Source: a virus | Taxonomy: Duplodnaviria; Caudoviricetes | Direction: 5' to 3' (one strand) | DNA length: 60,827 nt | Virus record (IMG/VR): IMGVR_UViG_3300032954_000013 | Span: 1 to 60,827 of that record | Shown here: one piece after another, positions 45,848-54,915 of the stretch | Layout of the letters: every line of letters begins with the position of its first letter | How positions within the stretch are numbered: position 1 is the stretch's first letter | Position numbers and translations under genes: made by a program | Notes under the pieces: model-generated | What the model saw: the letters and a program-made list of their open reading frames with translations, nothing else | What the model was told of the DNA's origin: nothing | Database searches by the model: none

Positions 45848-46789
45848 ATGGAAAACGAACATGATGTGGTAGAAGGCGAATTCTCGGAGGGCCAGCTTGC
45901 GCCTCCGAAAAGCACGCTAGACCATGCAATCGAAACGCGCGAACGGCTCGGCCAACTCGCCCGGCCGATCAACGTCTCGGAAATGCTCGCAGCGGCAGAC
46001 AAGCAAATCGAATTCCGCCGCGGGCTTGTGAAGCTAATCGCCACGAAGATCGATCCGCATGATGTGGTGATCTATGGCAACACGCCAGCGAAGTTCAGCA
46101 TTCACTTCTCGAAGGCCGCCTGCAAACAGATTCTCTCCTGGGTGCAGGCTGACGTCGTGAACGTGAGAATCACGCAGACTTCCTACGAGGGCAAGGAAGG
46201 TCCATACATCGTTTTCGAATGCTCTGCTGACATGCTCATCGGCGGGCGCCGAGTCAACGTCATCGGCAGCCGTGCGACCTACGACGATTTCTTCGGCTCG
46301 GAGGGCAAGTACGACGAGCAGGGCAAAAAGACGACTGTCCAGAAGCCGCTCGATGAGATCGACATTCCTTCCGTCCGCATGGCGGCCGTAACGAATATGT
46401 GGAATCACGCTCTCGAAGATGCGGGCCTTAAACCGTCACTTGAAGAACTCAAGAATGCTGGCCTTGACCTCGGCAAAGCATCCTACGTGCAATTCCGCGA
46501 GGGCGGGAAGGCGCCGGAACAGACTAAACAGGCCCAGACCGCCACGGGAGGAGACCAAAAGCCTCCAAATGGCGGTGCCAAGGCCACAGCAGCCTCTGAT
46601 GGCGACGTAGAGCTGATTTCCGAGGCTCAGGCCAAGAGACTATTCGCCATCGCCAAAAACCTAGGTTGGAGCACCGAGCAGTACCGTGCGGCTTTGGCGA
46701 GTGAATTCGCGGTCAATCGGGACACCGGGCTTCCGAAGTCGCGCTATGCGGCAGCGGAGAAATACTTCATCGACAATCGGAAAAGCTAA
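45848..46789 (+). CDS. Putative single-strand annealing/recombination protein
   Basis: Paired with downstream nuclease; low-complexity linker then ISEAQAKRLFAI domain common in phage recombinases. Confidence 0.5.
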   Translation: MENEHDVVEGEFSEGQLAPPKSTLDHAIETRERLGQLARPINVSEMLAAADKQIEFRRGLVKLIATKIDPHDVVIYGNTPAKFSIHFSKAACKQILSWVQADVVNVRITQTSYEGKEGPYIVFECSADMLIGGRRVNVIGSRATYDDFFGSEGKYDEQGKKTTVQKPLDEIDIPSVRMAAVTNMWNHALEDAGLKPSLEELKNAGLDLGKASYVQFREGGKAPEQTKQAQTATGGDQKPPNGGAKATAASDGDVELISEAQAKRLFAIAKNLGWSTEQYRAALASEFAVNRDTGLPKSRYAAAEKYFIDNRKS

Positions 46790-47784
46790 TGGCCGAGACA
46801 CTCGCTCCCGAAGTTGTCGTCCAGGAATACGAACGCTACAAACTCCATGACTCTGGCGTGCGTTCGCGGGGCATTGCGACCGCGAACCACGTCACGACTC
46901 TCGTACATGAGTGCGAGGCATTCGCCATCTATAACCGAACGGTGCCAGCCGACCGGCGCCGCAAACTCGATCCACGCCTGGCGATGGTGTTTTCGGAAGG
47001 CAACGACCAGAGCCGCATCGTGAAGCGGGATCTCATGGACGCGGGATTTGAGATTGAGGAACAGGAAGGACAAATGTCTTGGCCGGAATTCCAGATCGTA
47101 GGGCACCAGGACTTTTCAATCCGCAAATCCGGCTTCGCCCGCGTCAAAGTCGAACTCAAATCCTGTTCGCCTTATACCTACGAGAGCATCAATTTGGTGG
47201 ACGACCTGCGCCATCACAAGTGGCCTTTCGCGCGCCATTGGTATTCTCAGATCGTGCTGTACATGCTCCTGCAGAATGCGGAGCGATATTGGCTCGTTCT
47301 CAAGCACAAAGCGGCAGGCTCGATCAAGGTGATTGAATTCCATCTCGGCGACGAAGAGTATGCCGAGGCGGAACGACTCATCAGCAAAGCCAAGCGAGTG
47401 AATGAGGCGGTTGCAGCCAAACGTGAACCCACATCGGAGGAAAAACTTTCGGCACCGGATGTCTGCGCCGGATGTGAATTCTTCGATGTTTGTCTCCCCG
47501 ATCTCAGCTTCGGTGCGCGGATGGAAGTGCTCGATGCCGAGACTGCGGCTGAACTCGAACGTGCGCTGGAACGCAGGCAGGAACTCGAAAAGGCGCACAA
47601 GGAATATGAAGCGATAGACGACGACGTGAAATCGCAGATCAAGGCGATGGCATCCGAGCAGCTTGCGGAAGTCGTGATCGGTAGCTGGATTGCGACAATC
47701 CGCTATCAGGAAGTGAAGCCTGAGACGAAGCCGCGGGCGGGTTTTACCAAGACACTCATCAAGTTCTTCAAAGCGGGGGCGTAA
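46789..47784 (+). CDS. Cas4-like PD-(D/E)XK exonuclease
   Basis: GHQD..VELKS, QIVLYM, CAGCEFFDVC plus an N-terminal Cys. Confidence 0.8.
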   Translation: MAETLAPEVVVQEYERYKLHDSGVRSRGIATANHVTTLVHECEAFAIYNRTVPADRRRKLDPRLAMVFSEGNDQSRIVKRDLMDAGFEIEEQEGQMSWPEFQIVGHQDFSIRKSGFARVKVELKSCSPYTYESINLVDDLRHHKWPFARHWYSQIVLYMLLQNAERYWLVLKHKAAGSIKVIEFHLGDEEYAEAERLISKAKRVNEAVAAKREPTSEEKLSAPDVCAGCEFFDVCLPDLSFGARMEVLDAETAAELERALERRQELEKAHKEYEAIDDDVKSQIKAMASEQLAEVVIGSWIATIRYQEVKPETKPRAGFTKTLIKFFKAGA

Positions 47785-47785
47785 T

Positions 47786-47938
47786 ATGAAGCGTTATTGC
47801 CGCTGTGGCCGCCGCGCCCGAGCGGTCACGCGCAAGCGCAGAGGCAATCGGCGCGGGAAGTACATGCAGCGTAAATCGCACGATCTTTGTCCCAGATGTT
47901 TCCGGGCAATCGTGAACGCGAATTCGGAGAAGGAGTGA
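47786..47938 (+). CDS. Small Arg-rich Zn-finger protein
   Basis: Manual translation MKRYCRCG..HDLCPRC. Confidence 0.5.
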   Translation: MKRYCRCGRRARAVTRKRRGNRRGKYMQRKSHDLCPRCFRAIVNANSEKE

Positions 47939-47942
47939 CGAA

Positions 47943-48091
47943 TTTTGGAGCCGACCTAATCCATTGCGGGCCAACCGCTGACTTGGAAAGCCGCACAACG
48001 GCGAGCAGTGGGAGTACAGCAGCCAAGGTGCCAAGAGGCGCTCTACAGCGGGTTCGGGTGCTACGGACGCGGTAGCGGGTCGGCTTCAAAA
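47943..48091 (+). ncRNA. Candidate multi-helix structured RNA, family not recognised
   Basis: 14-bp closing stem TTTTGGAGCCGACC/GGTCGGCTTCAAAA with nested helices. Confidence 0.55.
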
Positions 48092-48107
48092 GTTTAGAGG
48101 CGAAGGA

Positions 48108-48530
48108 GTGACGATGACTGATCTCGCCAAAGCATTTGAGCCGAAAGAAGGCTGGTGGACTGAGACGATAGCCGGGCGTCCGTGGTTCACCGATGGCCAG
48201 GTGATGTTTGAAGGTGAGCAGCAAACCTCGCGACCGCCTTTGTCCAAAGGATCAATGGCGAAAGTCTATAAAAAGATCACCGCCGCACGGCTGACGCGAC
48301 TAGGGCGAGTGAGGCACGGATTAACTGGTTACTCGACGTGCGAGATAGCGACTTCCACCTTTGCCAATGGTCCTCGCATCCAGCGCGTCTATTTCGACTA
48401 TGCCAAAAGCCTCGGTGCCGAATTCTTTGCGGGAGCGCAATGCGGAGAGAGCAAAAGGGACCGCTACGTCATTTGCAAGGCGAAAGGCAAGATCATCGGC
48501 ATAATCATGCCTGTACGATACACCGATTGA
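48108..48530 (+). CDS. Hypothetical protein
   Basis: AAGGAG RBS; WFTDG and IGIIMP motifs. Confidence 0.65.
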   Translation: MTMTDLAKAFEPKEGWWTETIAGRPWFTDGQVMFEGEQQTSRPPLSKGSMAKVYKKITAARLTRLGRVRHGLTGYSTCEIATSTFANGPRIQRVYFDYAKSLGAEFFAGAQCGESKRDRYVICKAKGKIIGIIMPVRYTD

Positions 48531-48540
48531 AAGGAGCACT

Positions 48541-49197
48541 ATGAAGGGAAAACGAGGACCACGACCAGAAAGAGGCCCCGGTAAATTCGCAGAGCGAGCA
48601 ACGAAGGCAGCGAAGGATGCTGGCCTCAAGGTCGAGAAGCCCAAATCCATGACAATGGCTGACCAGGAAGCTGCGATTGAAGAAGCGCACGGCAAGCAGG
48701 CGCTACTCCCCGATGTCGGCGAGAATCCGATTCCGCCGGCGACGGTGCGCGGGGAACTGATGCTGGCGAATTATGTGCGCCCCGTATTCGGTCAGGACGA
48801 GGAAAGTCGCTTCGTTGATCTCGAATTCAGCTTCGCGCTGACGCCCGATCACAAGCCGCTCATGCCCGGCTCGGTGAACGATAGCTGGCGCTTTCTCGAG
48901 CGCCACACGGCCGATGGCACCAAGGTTATGAACATCGACATTGAGCCGCAGACCGTGGATATTCATCTCGCGGCTGATGACAAGGAAGTCGCGCTCCATC
49001 TCTCAGGCGTTCCGGTCACGCGCGCCTCGCTCGCCATCGTCGAAGAAACGGGCAAGGGCGCAACGACGAAGAAGACGCGATTCTCGTTCAGGCTCAGAAG
49101 CGAGCTGACGAAGGCCGTGATCGCGTTCGCCACGAGCCAATACGGCAATCAGGTATGGCTTGCGATGAGCGAGACGCAGGGGAGATTGGGAGAATAA
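48541..49197 (+). CDS. Hypothetical protein
   Basis: AAAGGAG RBS; typical codon use. Confidence 0.7.
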   Translation: MKGKRGPRPERGPGKFAERATKAAKDAGLKVEKPKSMTMADQEAAIEEAHGKQALLPDVGENPIPPATVRGELMLANYVRPVFGQDEESRFVDLEFSFALTPDHKPLMPGSVNDSWRFLERHTADGTKVMNIDIEPQTVDIHLAADDKEVALHLSGVPVTRASLAIVEETGKGATTKKTRFSFRLRSELTKAVIAFATSQYGNQVWLAMSETQGRLGE

Positions 49198-49218
49198 CGG
49201 ATTAAGCCGATAAATCGT

Positions 49219-49437
49219 ATGGAACCGCACGGCACAATCCGCGCCTCCGACGCCACAACCGAGGACTGGGGAAAGCTGACGGCGAATCCTTGGTACACGG
49301 CGATGAGGATTCACGATCATGCGTGGCGGGACGACGGCTGGGACATTCACGTGAGGATCGCCACTTCAAATACGCTGTGCCAGTCGATGTATGAGATTTC
49401 GATGGAGAAGATTAGACAGGAGGCGGGGATTCGATGA
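49219..49437 (+). CDS. Hypothetical protein
   Basis: ATGA-coupled to the next gene. Confidence 0.45.
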   Translation: MEPHGTIRASDATTEDWGKLTANPWYTAMRIHDHAWRDDGWDIHVRIATSNTLCQSMYEISMEKIRQEAGIR

Positions 49438-49637
49438 GCAACGAACTGGCCGAGCAACTCTACGACGATGCGGTAAAGCTCGTGCGCGACAAGAAACGCT
49501 GCAGCGCATCTCTTCTCCAACGGACATTCCGAGTCGGCTACGGGACTGCGATGCTGATGATCGACAAGATGGAAGCGAATGGCGTAGTGGGTCCGGCGCC
49601 GGAGCGGAAGGTGAGAAAAGGAGAAAACAATGGCTAA
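49434..49637 (+). CDS. Stand-alone FtsK gamma (winged-helix) domain protein
   Basis: LYDDAVKLV....CSASLLQRTFRVGYGTA..MIDKMEANGVVGP matches the FtsK-gamma pattern. Confidence 0.9.
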   Translation: MSNELAEQLYDDAVKLVRDKKRCSASLLQRTFRVGYGTAMLMIDKMEANGVVGPAPERKVRKGENNG

Positions 49638-49833
49638 ACCAGCAGCGGGACACTCGACAAATTTGGATCGCGACAAACTTGATTTTGCCTGCAAACTTAT
49701 TGGCACAGCTTATGACAAGCGATCTGGTCCGTTTGATTTTCTCAATTCCGCGCTGACGATCATGCAATTCGGCGGCGTTTCTGTCCAGGATATGCTCGAC
49801 TGGATTGAGGCAACTGGCGGAAACCCTGATTGA
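49630..49833 (+). CDS. Hypothetical protein
   Basis: AAGGAG RBS. Confidence 0.55.
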   Translation: MAKPAAGHSTNLDRDKLDFACKLIGTAYDKRSGPFDFLNSALTIMQFGGVSVQDMLDWIEATGGNPD

Positions 49834-49905
49834 TCATCGTGAACCGGGATGGCACGGTCGCGGCGAATAAGGAGACTTTGTTTCTATAAACCTCAAGGAG
49901 ATGAC

Positions 49906-50118
49906 ATGAAACACTATCAGGTGTTCAAGCTATCCCTCAATGAATCGGCAGCGAAGATCGAAAGCGATTTGAACGGAGCGGCGACGAAAGGATTCGGCAT
50001 CGTATCCGCCACGAGTTATCAGGTCGTCACGCAGAACCAGACGATGGATCGGGAGTCCGTCGAGGCGCATGCTCTCATCATCATGGAGCGGCAGGAAAAG
50101 CGGCGCAGAAAGAAGTAA
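49906..50118 (+). CDS. Hypothetical protein (DUF4177-like)
   Basis: AAGGAG RBS; Y.V..LN..A..GF.IVS..IIMER pattern. Confidence 0.55.
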   Translation: MKHYQVFKLSLNESAAKIESDLNGAATKGFGIVSATSYQVVTQNQTMDRESVEAHALIIMERQEKRRRKK

Positions 50119-50229
50119 TTCCGAGCAATCGTGTCCGGTAGTGAAAAGGCAAACGTGCTAGGATGGTCGGCGGGACATCGCATTGACGACGCCCCGCCAG
50201 CACGATTGAGCGATTGAGGCGCTCAAGCC

Positions 50230-52455
50230 ATGCAGACGAAATCTACCACGGACTACCAAGAATTTCTCTCCAAGAAATCCATCCGTTTTGAAGCCGAAGG
50301 AATCACGCTCAACGAAAAGTCTCTTCCCAAAAAACTCTATGATTTCCAAGCGAAGTTAACGACTTGGGCGTTGCGGAAGGGGCGGGCAGCGCTGTGGGCC
50401 GATACTGGCCTCGGCAAGACGTTCATGCAAGTCGCGTGGGCGAATGCTGTCGGAAACTGCCTGATTGTCGCCCCACTGTGTGTTTCACGGCAGACGATCG
50501 AAGAAGCGCGGAAACTCAAAATCAAAATCGGCGAACTTGGCTCGGATTCACCCATCCAGATTACGAATTACGAACGGCTGCATCAAGTGAATCCGAAATT
50601 ATACGATGCAGTCGTACTCGATGAGAGTTCGATTCTGAAGTCCGTGGACGGCGCGACGCGCACGAAGCTAATCGCCATGTTCCAAGAAGTTCCCCATCGA
50701 CTGTGCTGCACGGCCACGCCAGCCCCGAATGACATCGCCGAGCTTGCCAATCACTGCGAATTTTTGGGCGTGATGACGCGCGCGGAAATGCTCGCTACGT
50801 TCTTCGTGCATGATGATGACGGCTGGCGACTCAAGGGACATGCACGCGAAAAATTCTATGAGTGGCTCGCTTCGTGGGGCATGTTCATCCGTAAACCGAG
50901 CGATCTCGGCTTTTCCGACGAAGGCTACAATCTGCCGCCCTTGACTATCACGGAAAGCGTTGTCAACTCCGAAGGCTTTTCTCTTGGGCATATTGGTGGC
51001 GGAATCCGCGGGCGCCTCAAGGCGCGCAGGGAGTCACTGCCGTCGCGTGTCGAGCATGTGCGACGCGTCATAGCAAATACCGGTGGCCAATGGATTGCTT
51101 GGTGCGGCCTGAACGACGAACAGGAGATGCTCGCCGATCTGCTGGGCGATGAATGTGTCTCGATTTCGGGAAACGATTCCATTGAGGAAAAAGAGCGCAG
51201 AATCGGCGCGTTCACTTCCGGCTTCGCGCGAATTCTGGTGACGAAACCGAAGATCGCAGGATTCGGACTCAATCTCCAAAACTGTCATCAGATGGCGTTC
51301 GTCGGAATCGGGGATTCGTTTGAATCCTACTATCAGTCGATCCGGCGCTGCTGGCGTTTCGGCCAGAAGAAGCCTGTGCTCGTCAACATCGTAATATCGG
51401 GCGCGGAGATGGGCATCGTGGAAAACGTGAGGCGCAAGGAACGGGAGCACGACATCATGGCCGAGGGGTTGATAAACGCCATGCGGGAGGCGGAGATGGA
51501 AGAAATCGGACAGACAAAAAGGCAATCGGTGACTTACGAAAGGCGAACCGAGCGCGATGAGAAATGGACGATGCACCAAGGCGATTGTATCGAAGTCATG
51601 CAGGAACTCGCGGAGTCCAGCATTGATTTGAGCGTCTATTCTCCGCCGTTCTCTTCGCTCTATACGTATAGCGCCAGCGAACGGGATCTCGGGAATTGCC
51701 GAAGCCGTGAAGAGTTTCTCGAACATTTCGGCCACGCCGTCCGCGCACTCTTGCGAATCACAAAGCCCGGCCGGCTGTCCTGCTGTCACATCGGCCAAGT
51801 TGCGTCGACGCTTGCGACGTACGGCGTAATTGGCCTAATCGATCTTCGCGGAGCCGTGATCGAGTGTTTCTCGGCGAATGGCTGGGTTTATCACGGCGAT
51901 GTCTGTATCGACAAAAACCCCCAAGCTCAAGCGATTCGCACACACGCGAAAGGATTGCTATTCGCGCAGCTTCGTAAGGACGCTTCGTGGCTCCGGCCCG
52001 GGCTTGCCGATTACATTCTTGTTTTCCGAAAACCCGGCGATAACGCGGCGCCGATTGAGCCCGACATCACGAATGAAGATTGGATCGAATGGGCGCATCC
52101 AGTGTGGTACGGCATCGTGGAATCCGACACGCTGAACACGGCCGAAGCGCGGACTGAAAGCGATGAACGCCATATCTGCCCGCTGCAACTCGGCGTAATT
52201 GAACGATGCGTGCGGCTGTGGTCCAACAAGGGCGAGACGGTATTCAGTCCGTTCGCTGGGATCGGCTCGGAAGGGTATGAATCTCTCCGCAATGGCCGGA
52301 AATTCGTCGGCGTAGAATTGAAGCGGGAGTACTTTGAGGTCGCCTGCCGAAATCTGCGAAATGCGGAAAGGCAGATGCCCCTGTTCGCTGCGCCGGAATC
52401 TCAACCAGAAGTGATTACTGAAAAGATTCCCTCAGATCAGCGGGAGGGGAAGTGA
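50230..52455 (+). CDS. SNF2-like helicase fused to an amino (N4/N6) DNA methyltransferase
   Basis: DTGLGKT, DESS, TATP, GLNLQ, QSIRRCWRFGQ; then GDC, SPPF motif IV, PFAGIGSE motif I. Confidence 0.9.
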   Translation: MQTKSTTDYQEFLSKKSIRFEAEGITLNEKSLPKKLYDFQAKLTTWALRKGRAALWADTGLGKTFMQVAWANAVGNCLIVAPLCVSRQTIEEARKLKIKIGELGSDSPIQITNYERLHQVNPKLYDAVVLDESSILKSVDGATRTKLIAMFQEVPHRLCCTATPAPNDIAELANHCEFLGVMTRAEMLATFFVHDDDGWRLKGHAREKFYEWLASWGMFIRKPSDLGFSDEGYNLPPLTITESVVNSEGFSLGHIGGGIRGRLKARRESLPSRVEHVRRVIANTGGQWIAWCGLNDEQEMLADLLGDECVSISGNDSIEEKERRIGAFTSGFARILVTKPKIAGFGLNLQNCHQMAFVGIGDSFESYYQSIRRCWRFGQKKPVLVNIVISGAEMGIVENVRRKEREHDIMAEGLINAMREAEMEEIGQTKRQSVTYERRTERDEKWTMHQGDCIEVMQELAESSIDLSVYSPPFSSLYTYSASERDLGNCRSREEFLEHFGHAVRALLRITKPGRLSCCHIGQVASTLATYGVIGLIDLRGAVIECFSANGWVYHGDVCIDKNPQAQAIRTHAKGLLFAQLRKDASWLRPGLADYILVFRKPGDNAAPIEPDITNEDWIEWAHPVWYGIVESDTLNTAEARTESDERHICPLQLGVIERCVRLWSNKGETVFSPFAGIGSEGYESLRNGRKFVGVELKREYFEVACRNLRNAERQMPLFAAPESQPEVITEKIPSDQREGK

Positions 52456-52464
52456 TTCTCCAGT

Positions 52465-52851
52465 TTAGGGTTTGGATCGGCCACTGGCCCCTCCGAATTG
52501 GGTTTCGATGCCTTGCATCCAAACCGGTGGTGTTGGTGCTTCCTCTGGTCGCACAAGCCGCAGTGTGATCTTTTCCTGCCTGAAAAGATTGCTCTTTTTC
52601 TTTAGCGCGCTGAATAGGTCCCAATGCTGCTTCCCCGCACGGAAGCGCAGACCGTCTTGGTGGTGCGTGAAGCAGTTTTCGACATGAACCTTCACGACGC
52701 CGCAAATATGCTCCCACGCAGCGTCAGCCGTCTTGCCAGAGGTAATCAAGTCGAAGTCTAAGCAGTGGCCGAGCCAGCGATTCGTGGCCGCGTCATGCGT
52801 AATCAGACAGCTCAGAACATCCGGGATTATCGGTTCATTTTTCTTGTTCAT
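52465..52851 (-). CDS. HicB-like N-terminal domain protein
   Basis: WLGHCLDFDLITSGKTADAA resembles the HicB partial RNase H fold. Confidence 0.6.
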   Translation of the reverse strand: MNKKNEPIIPDVLSCLITHDAATNRWLGHCLDFDLITSGKTADAAWEHICGVVKVHVENCFTHHQDGLRFRAGKQHWDLFSALKKKSNLFRQEKITLRLVRPEEAPTPPVWMQGIETQFGGASGRSKP

Positions 52852-53060
52852 GATCGGCCTCCTTTCCATCTCGCACTGTTGGCCTTAAGAGCAATTTTGG
52901 TTCTTTTTGACTTCGGAAGCGCTTTGGCGCGTGCCAATCCGCCGAGTCTTCCCGCCTGCGATTTGGTGGTAGATTTCGGTTTGACTTCCCCTGTCGCTAT
53001 CTGCACCGTTCTGTACGCGCTCGTGTTCAAATCCATTGTGTTAGACGCGATTAGACGCAC
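52848..53060 (-). CDS. Small basic nucleic-acid-binding protein
   Basis: AGRLGGLARAKAL...R..IA..A..ARW motif. Confidence 0.7.
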   Translation of the reverse strand: MRLIASNTMDLNTSAYRTVQIATGEVKPKSTTKSQAGRLGGLARAKALPKSKRTKIALKANSARWKGGRS

Positions 53061-53226
53061 TTCCTCTCAATTTGCTTGCGGGCGGAGTATTTCACGGAAC
53101 GTACCGGCACCGCAAGGGTACGACTAGCTATTTCATCGGCTATTTTACAGTATCCTTGCTTCGATTGCCGTTGACTCCCGACGCGGGATGAGGATAGGAC
53201 TAGGCCCCAAGCACAGCAAATAGAGC

Positions 53227-53255
53227 TTGACGGTTGTCACTTGGAGGTATAATTT
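53227..53255 (+). promoter_or_regulatory. Possible sigma70 promoter for replication genes
   Basis: TTGACG followed by TATAAT (15-bp spacer) or TAATTT (17-bp spacer). Confidence 0.45.
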
Positions 53256-53884
53256 TGCCGCGTGAGGTTACAGTGAATCCACGATTCGGACGGCGCTCTT
53301 GGGTTAAGTTGTGGGTAAACGAGTGGTTAGACGGCACGACTAGGTTCGAGATGTCAGACGCGCAGCGGGCCTTTTGGATCGATCTTCTGGCGATGGCGGG
53401 GCGCTCGAGATTCCCTGGAATCGTCTGCGCCGGGCAGATCGACGGTAAGTTTGTGGGCTATCCGCTGAGCAAATACCAGTCGCTCATGGCGAAGCCGATC
53501 GACGTGGAACAGACGTTTAAGCTGTTTGAACGTACCGGAAAAATCGTAGTGGAAGTGACCTCGGAAACCCCCGTAAGGCTCTACAAAGTCTCGCTTTGCA
53601 ACTGGACGAAGTTCCAGTCTGAATACCAGCGGCAAAAGCCATATCGGTTACACGGGAAGTTACAGCCAAGTGACCAGCCAAGTGACGAACAAAGTAACAA
53701 TACAGAAGTAGAAGTAGAAGTAGAAGGAGAGACAGAGGTAGAGAACCCGCAAAACCAATCGCCCGACCCAACCAGTCTTGAATGGACCAAGGCACAACTA
53801 AAGGCCAGGAGCGAGAATCGCCATGAAAGCGCCGGACAGAGACGTAGCCGCCGAAATCAAGAAGCGGCTGATTCGGTTGTGTGA
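53234..53884 (+). CDS. Phage replication initiator (replisome organiser-like)
   Basis: WVKLW, WIDLLAMA, NWTKFQ, EVEVEVE linker, internal iterons; true start may be 53255 or 53273. Confidence 0.75.
   Translation: MSLGGIILPREVTVNPRFGRRSWVKLWVNEWLDGTTRFEMSDAQRAFWIDLLAMAGRSRFPGIVCAGQIDGKFVGYPLSKYQSLMAKPIDVEQTFKLFERTGKIVVEVTSETPVRLYKVSLCNWTKFQSEYQRQKPYRLHGKLQPSDQPSDEQSNNTEVEVEVEGETEVENPQNQSPDPTSLEWTKAQLKARSENRHESAGQRRSRRNQEAADSVV
53646..53725. repeat. Iteron-like repeats; candidate replication origin
   Basis: AAGTTAC, AAGTGAC, AAGTGAC, AAGTAAC at 11-12 bp spacing, then (GAAGTA)3. Confidence 0.6.
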
Positions 53885-54212
53885 AACCTATCAGCGTGAT
53901 CTCACCCCAGAGATGTTACGGGGCTACATTGACGCGCTCGGAGATTTGAGCGAAATCGAAGTGGCGATCGGCTTCGTCACCGCTATGCGTCGGGCCGGAA
54001 AATTCATGCCGAACCCGGGAGAAATCCGCGATGCGCTTGTCGCCTCCAAAGATAAACAGCCGATGCAAAAGCAGCCCGTCATTGAGTGCTCTGAGTGCGG
54101 CGGGACCGGATACAAACTCATTCCGCATCCGAAAACTGACGATCTGCCTCTTGGAAGGGATTACAAAATAGCCGTTAGGTGCACCCACAATAGGGAAGCG
54201 GCGCAGCCATGA
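53823..54212 (+). CDS. Putative helicase loader/inhibitor with Zn ribbon
   Basis: Follows the initiator; YIDALGDL..FMPNPGEIR; CSECGGTG..RC. Confidence 0.6.
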   Translation: MKAPDRDVAAEIKKRLIRLCETYQRDLTPEMLRGYIDALGDLSEIEVAIGFVTAMRRAGKFMPNPGEIRDALVASKDKQPMQKQPVIECSECGGTGYKLIPHPKTDDLPLGRDYKIAVRCTHNREAAQP

Positions 54213-54412
54213 ACCCTCTCTGCCCCTTCTGCCATCGCGAGATGTCGCGCCTGAGCGATAATCCGTCCTACGAGGCATGGGGCTGTGACGGCACTCGCCC
54301 AGATGGATCGCCGTGCGGAGCCTACGTGAATCGCGCGAAGCCGCGGGTGCCGAAGCCAGATCCAATGACGCCGGTATCGGGAATCCCGCTAAAAACGGAG
54401 GCTAAGACGTGA
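54209..54412 (+). CDS. Zn-ribbon hypothetical protein
   Basis: CPFC..WGC..C. Confidence 0.6.
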   Translation: MNPLCPFCHREMSRLSDNPSYEAWGCDGTRPDGSPCGAYVNRAKPRVPKPDPMTPVSGIPLKTEAKT

Positions 54413-54870
54413 CGAGATTGCTGACGTACTTATTCGGTGAGCCGGAAGAAATCAACGGCGGCGAACGATGCCCGACATACATGTACCGCTGGACGCTACT
54501 TACTTGGCGCGGCCACTTTTCGGTGTACGTGCATCACTTCGTCGCCGACGATTGGAGTCTTGATTTGCACGATCATCCGAAGCGATTCATCTCAATCGGT
54601 CTGTGCGGCTGGTATATCGAGCAGACGCCCTGCGACCACGGACTCGAAAATCGCACGGACATAAAAGTCTACCGCGCACCTTGGATTCGCACGTTCCCAG
54701 CGACGCATATTCACCGTATTTCGGTTCCGTCGAAAAGCTGTTGGACGCTTTGCATCGTGCTCAAGCCGACGCGCGATTGGGGCTTTTGGCATCTCGGGAA
54801 GTTCATGCCGTGGCGCGATTATGTGAGCGGCAAGGATGGAATCGCCGACAAAATGAAAGCCTGCGAGTGA
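54409..54870 (+). CDS. Cupin-like protein
   Basis: YMYRW, HHF..DD...LHDHP, HRI, WTL, WGF. Confidence 0.7.
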   Translation: MTRLLTYLFGEPEEINGGERCPTYMYRWTLLTWRGHFSVYVHHFVADDWSLDLHDHPKRFISIGLCGWYIEQTPCDHGLENRTDIKVYRAPWIRTFPATHIHRISVPSKSCWTLCIVLKPTRDWGFWHLGKFMPWRDYVSGKDGIADKMKACE

Positions 54871-54915
54871 CGCCAATCTCACAGATCGAGGGACCGAAAA
54901 AGTGAGCGAGAGAGT

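Noticed and set aside
46789-47784. CRISPR-Cas system
   Set aside because: Solo Cas4-like nuclease beside a recombination gene; no array or other cas genes
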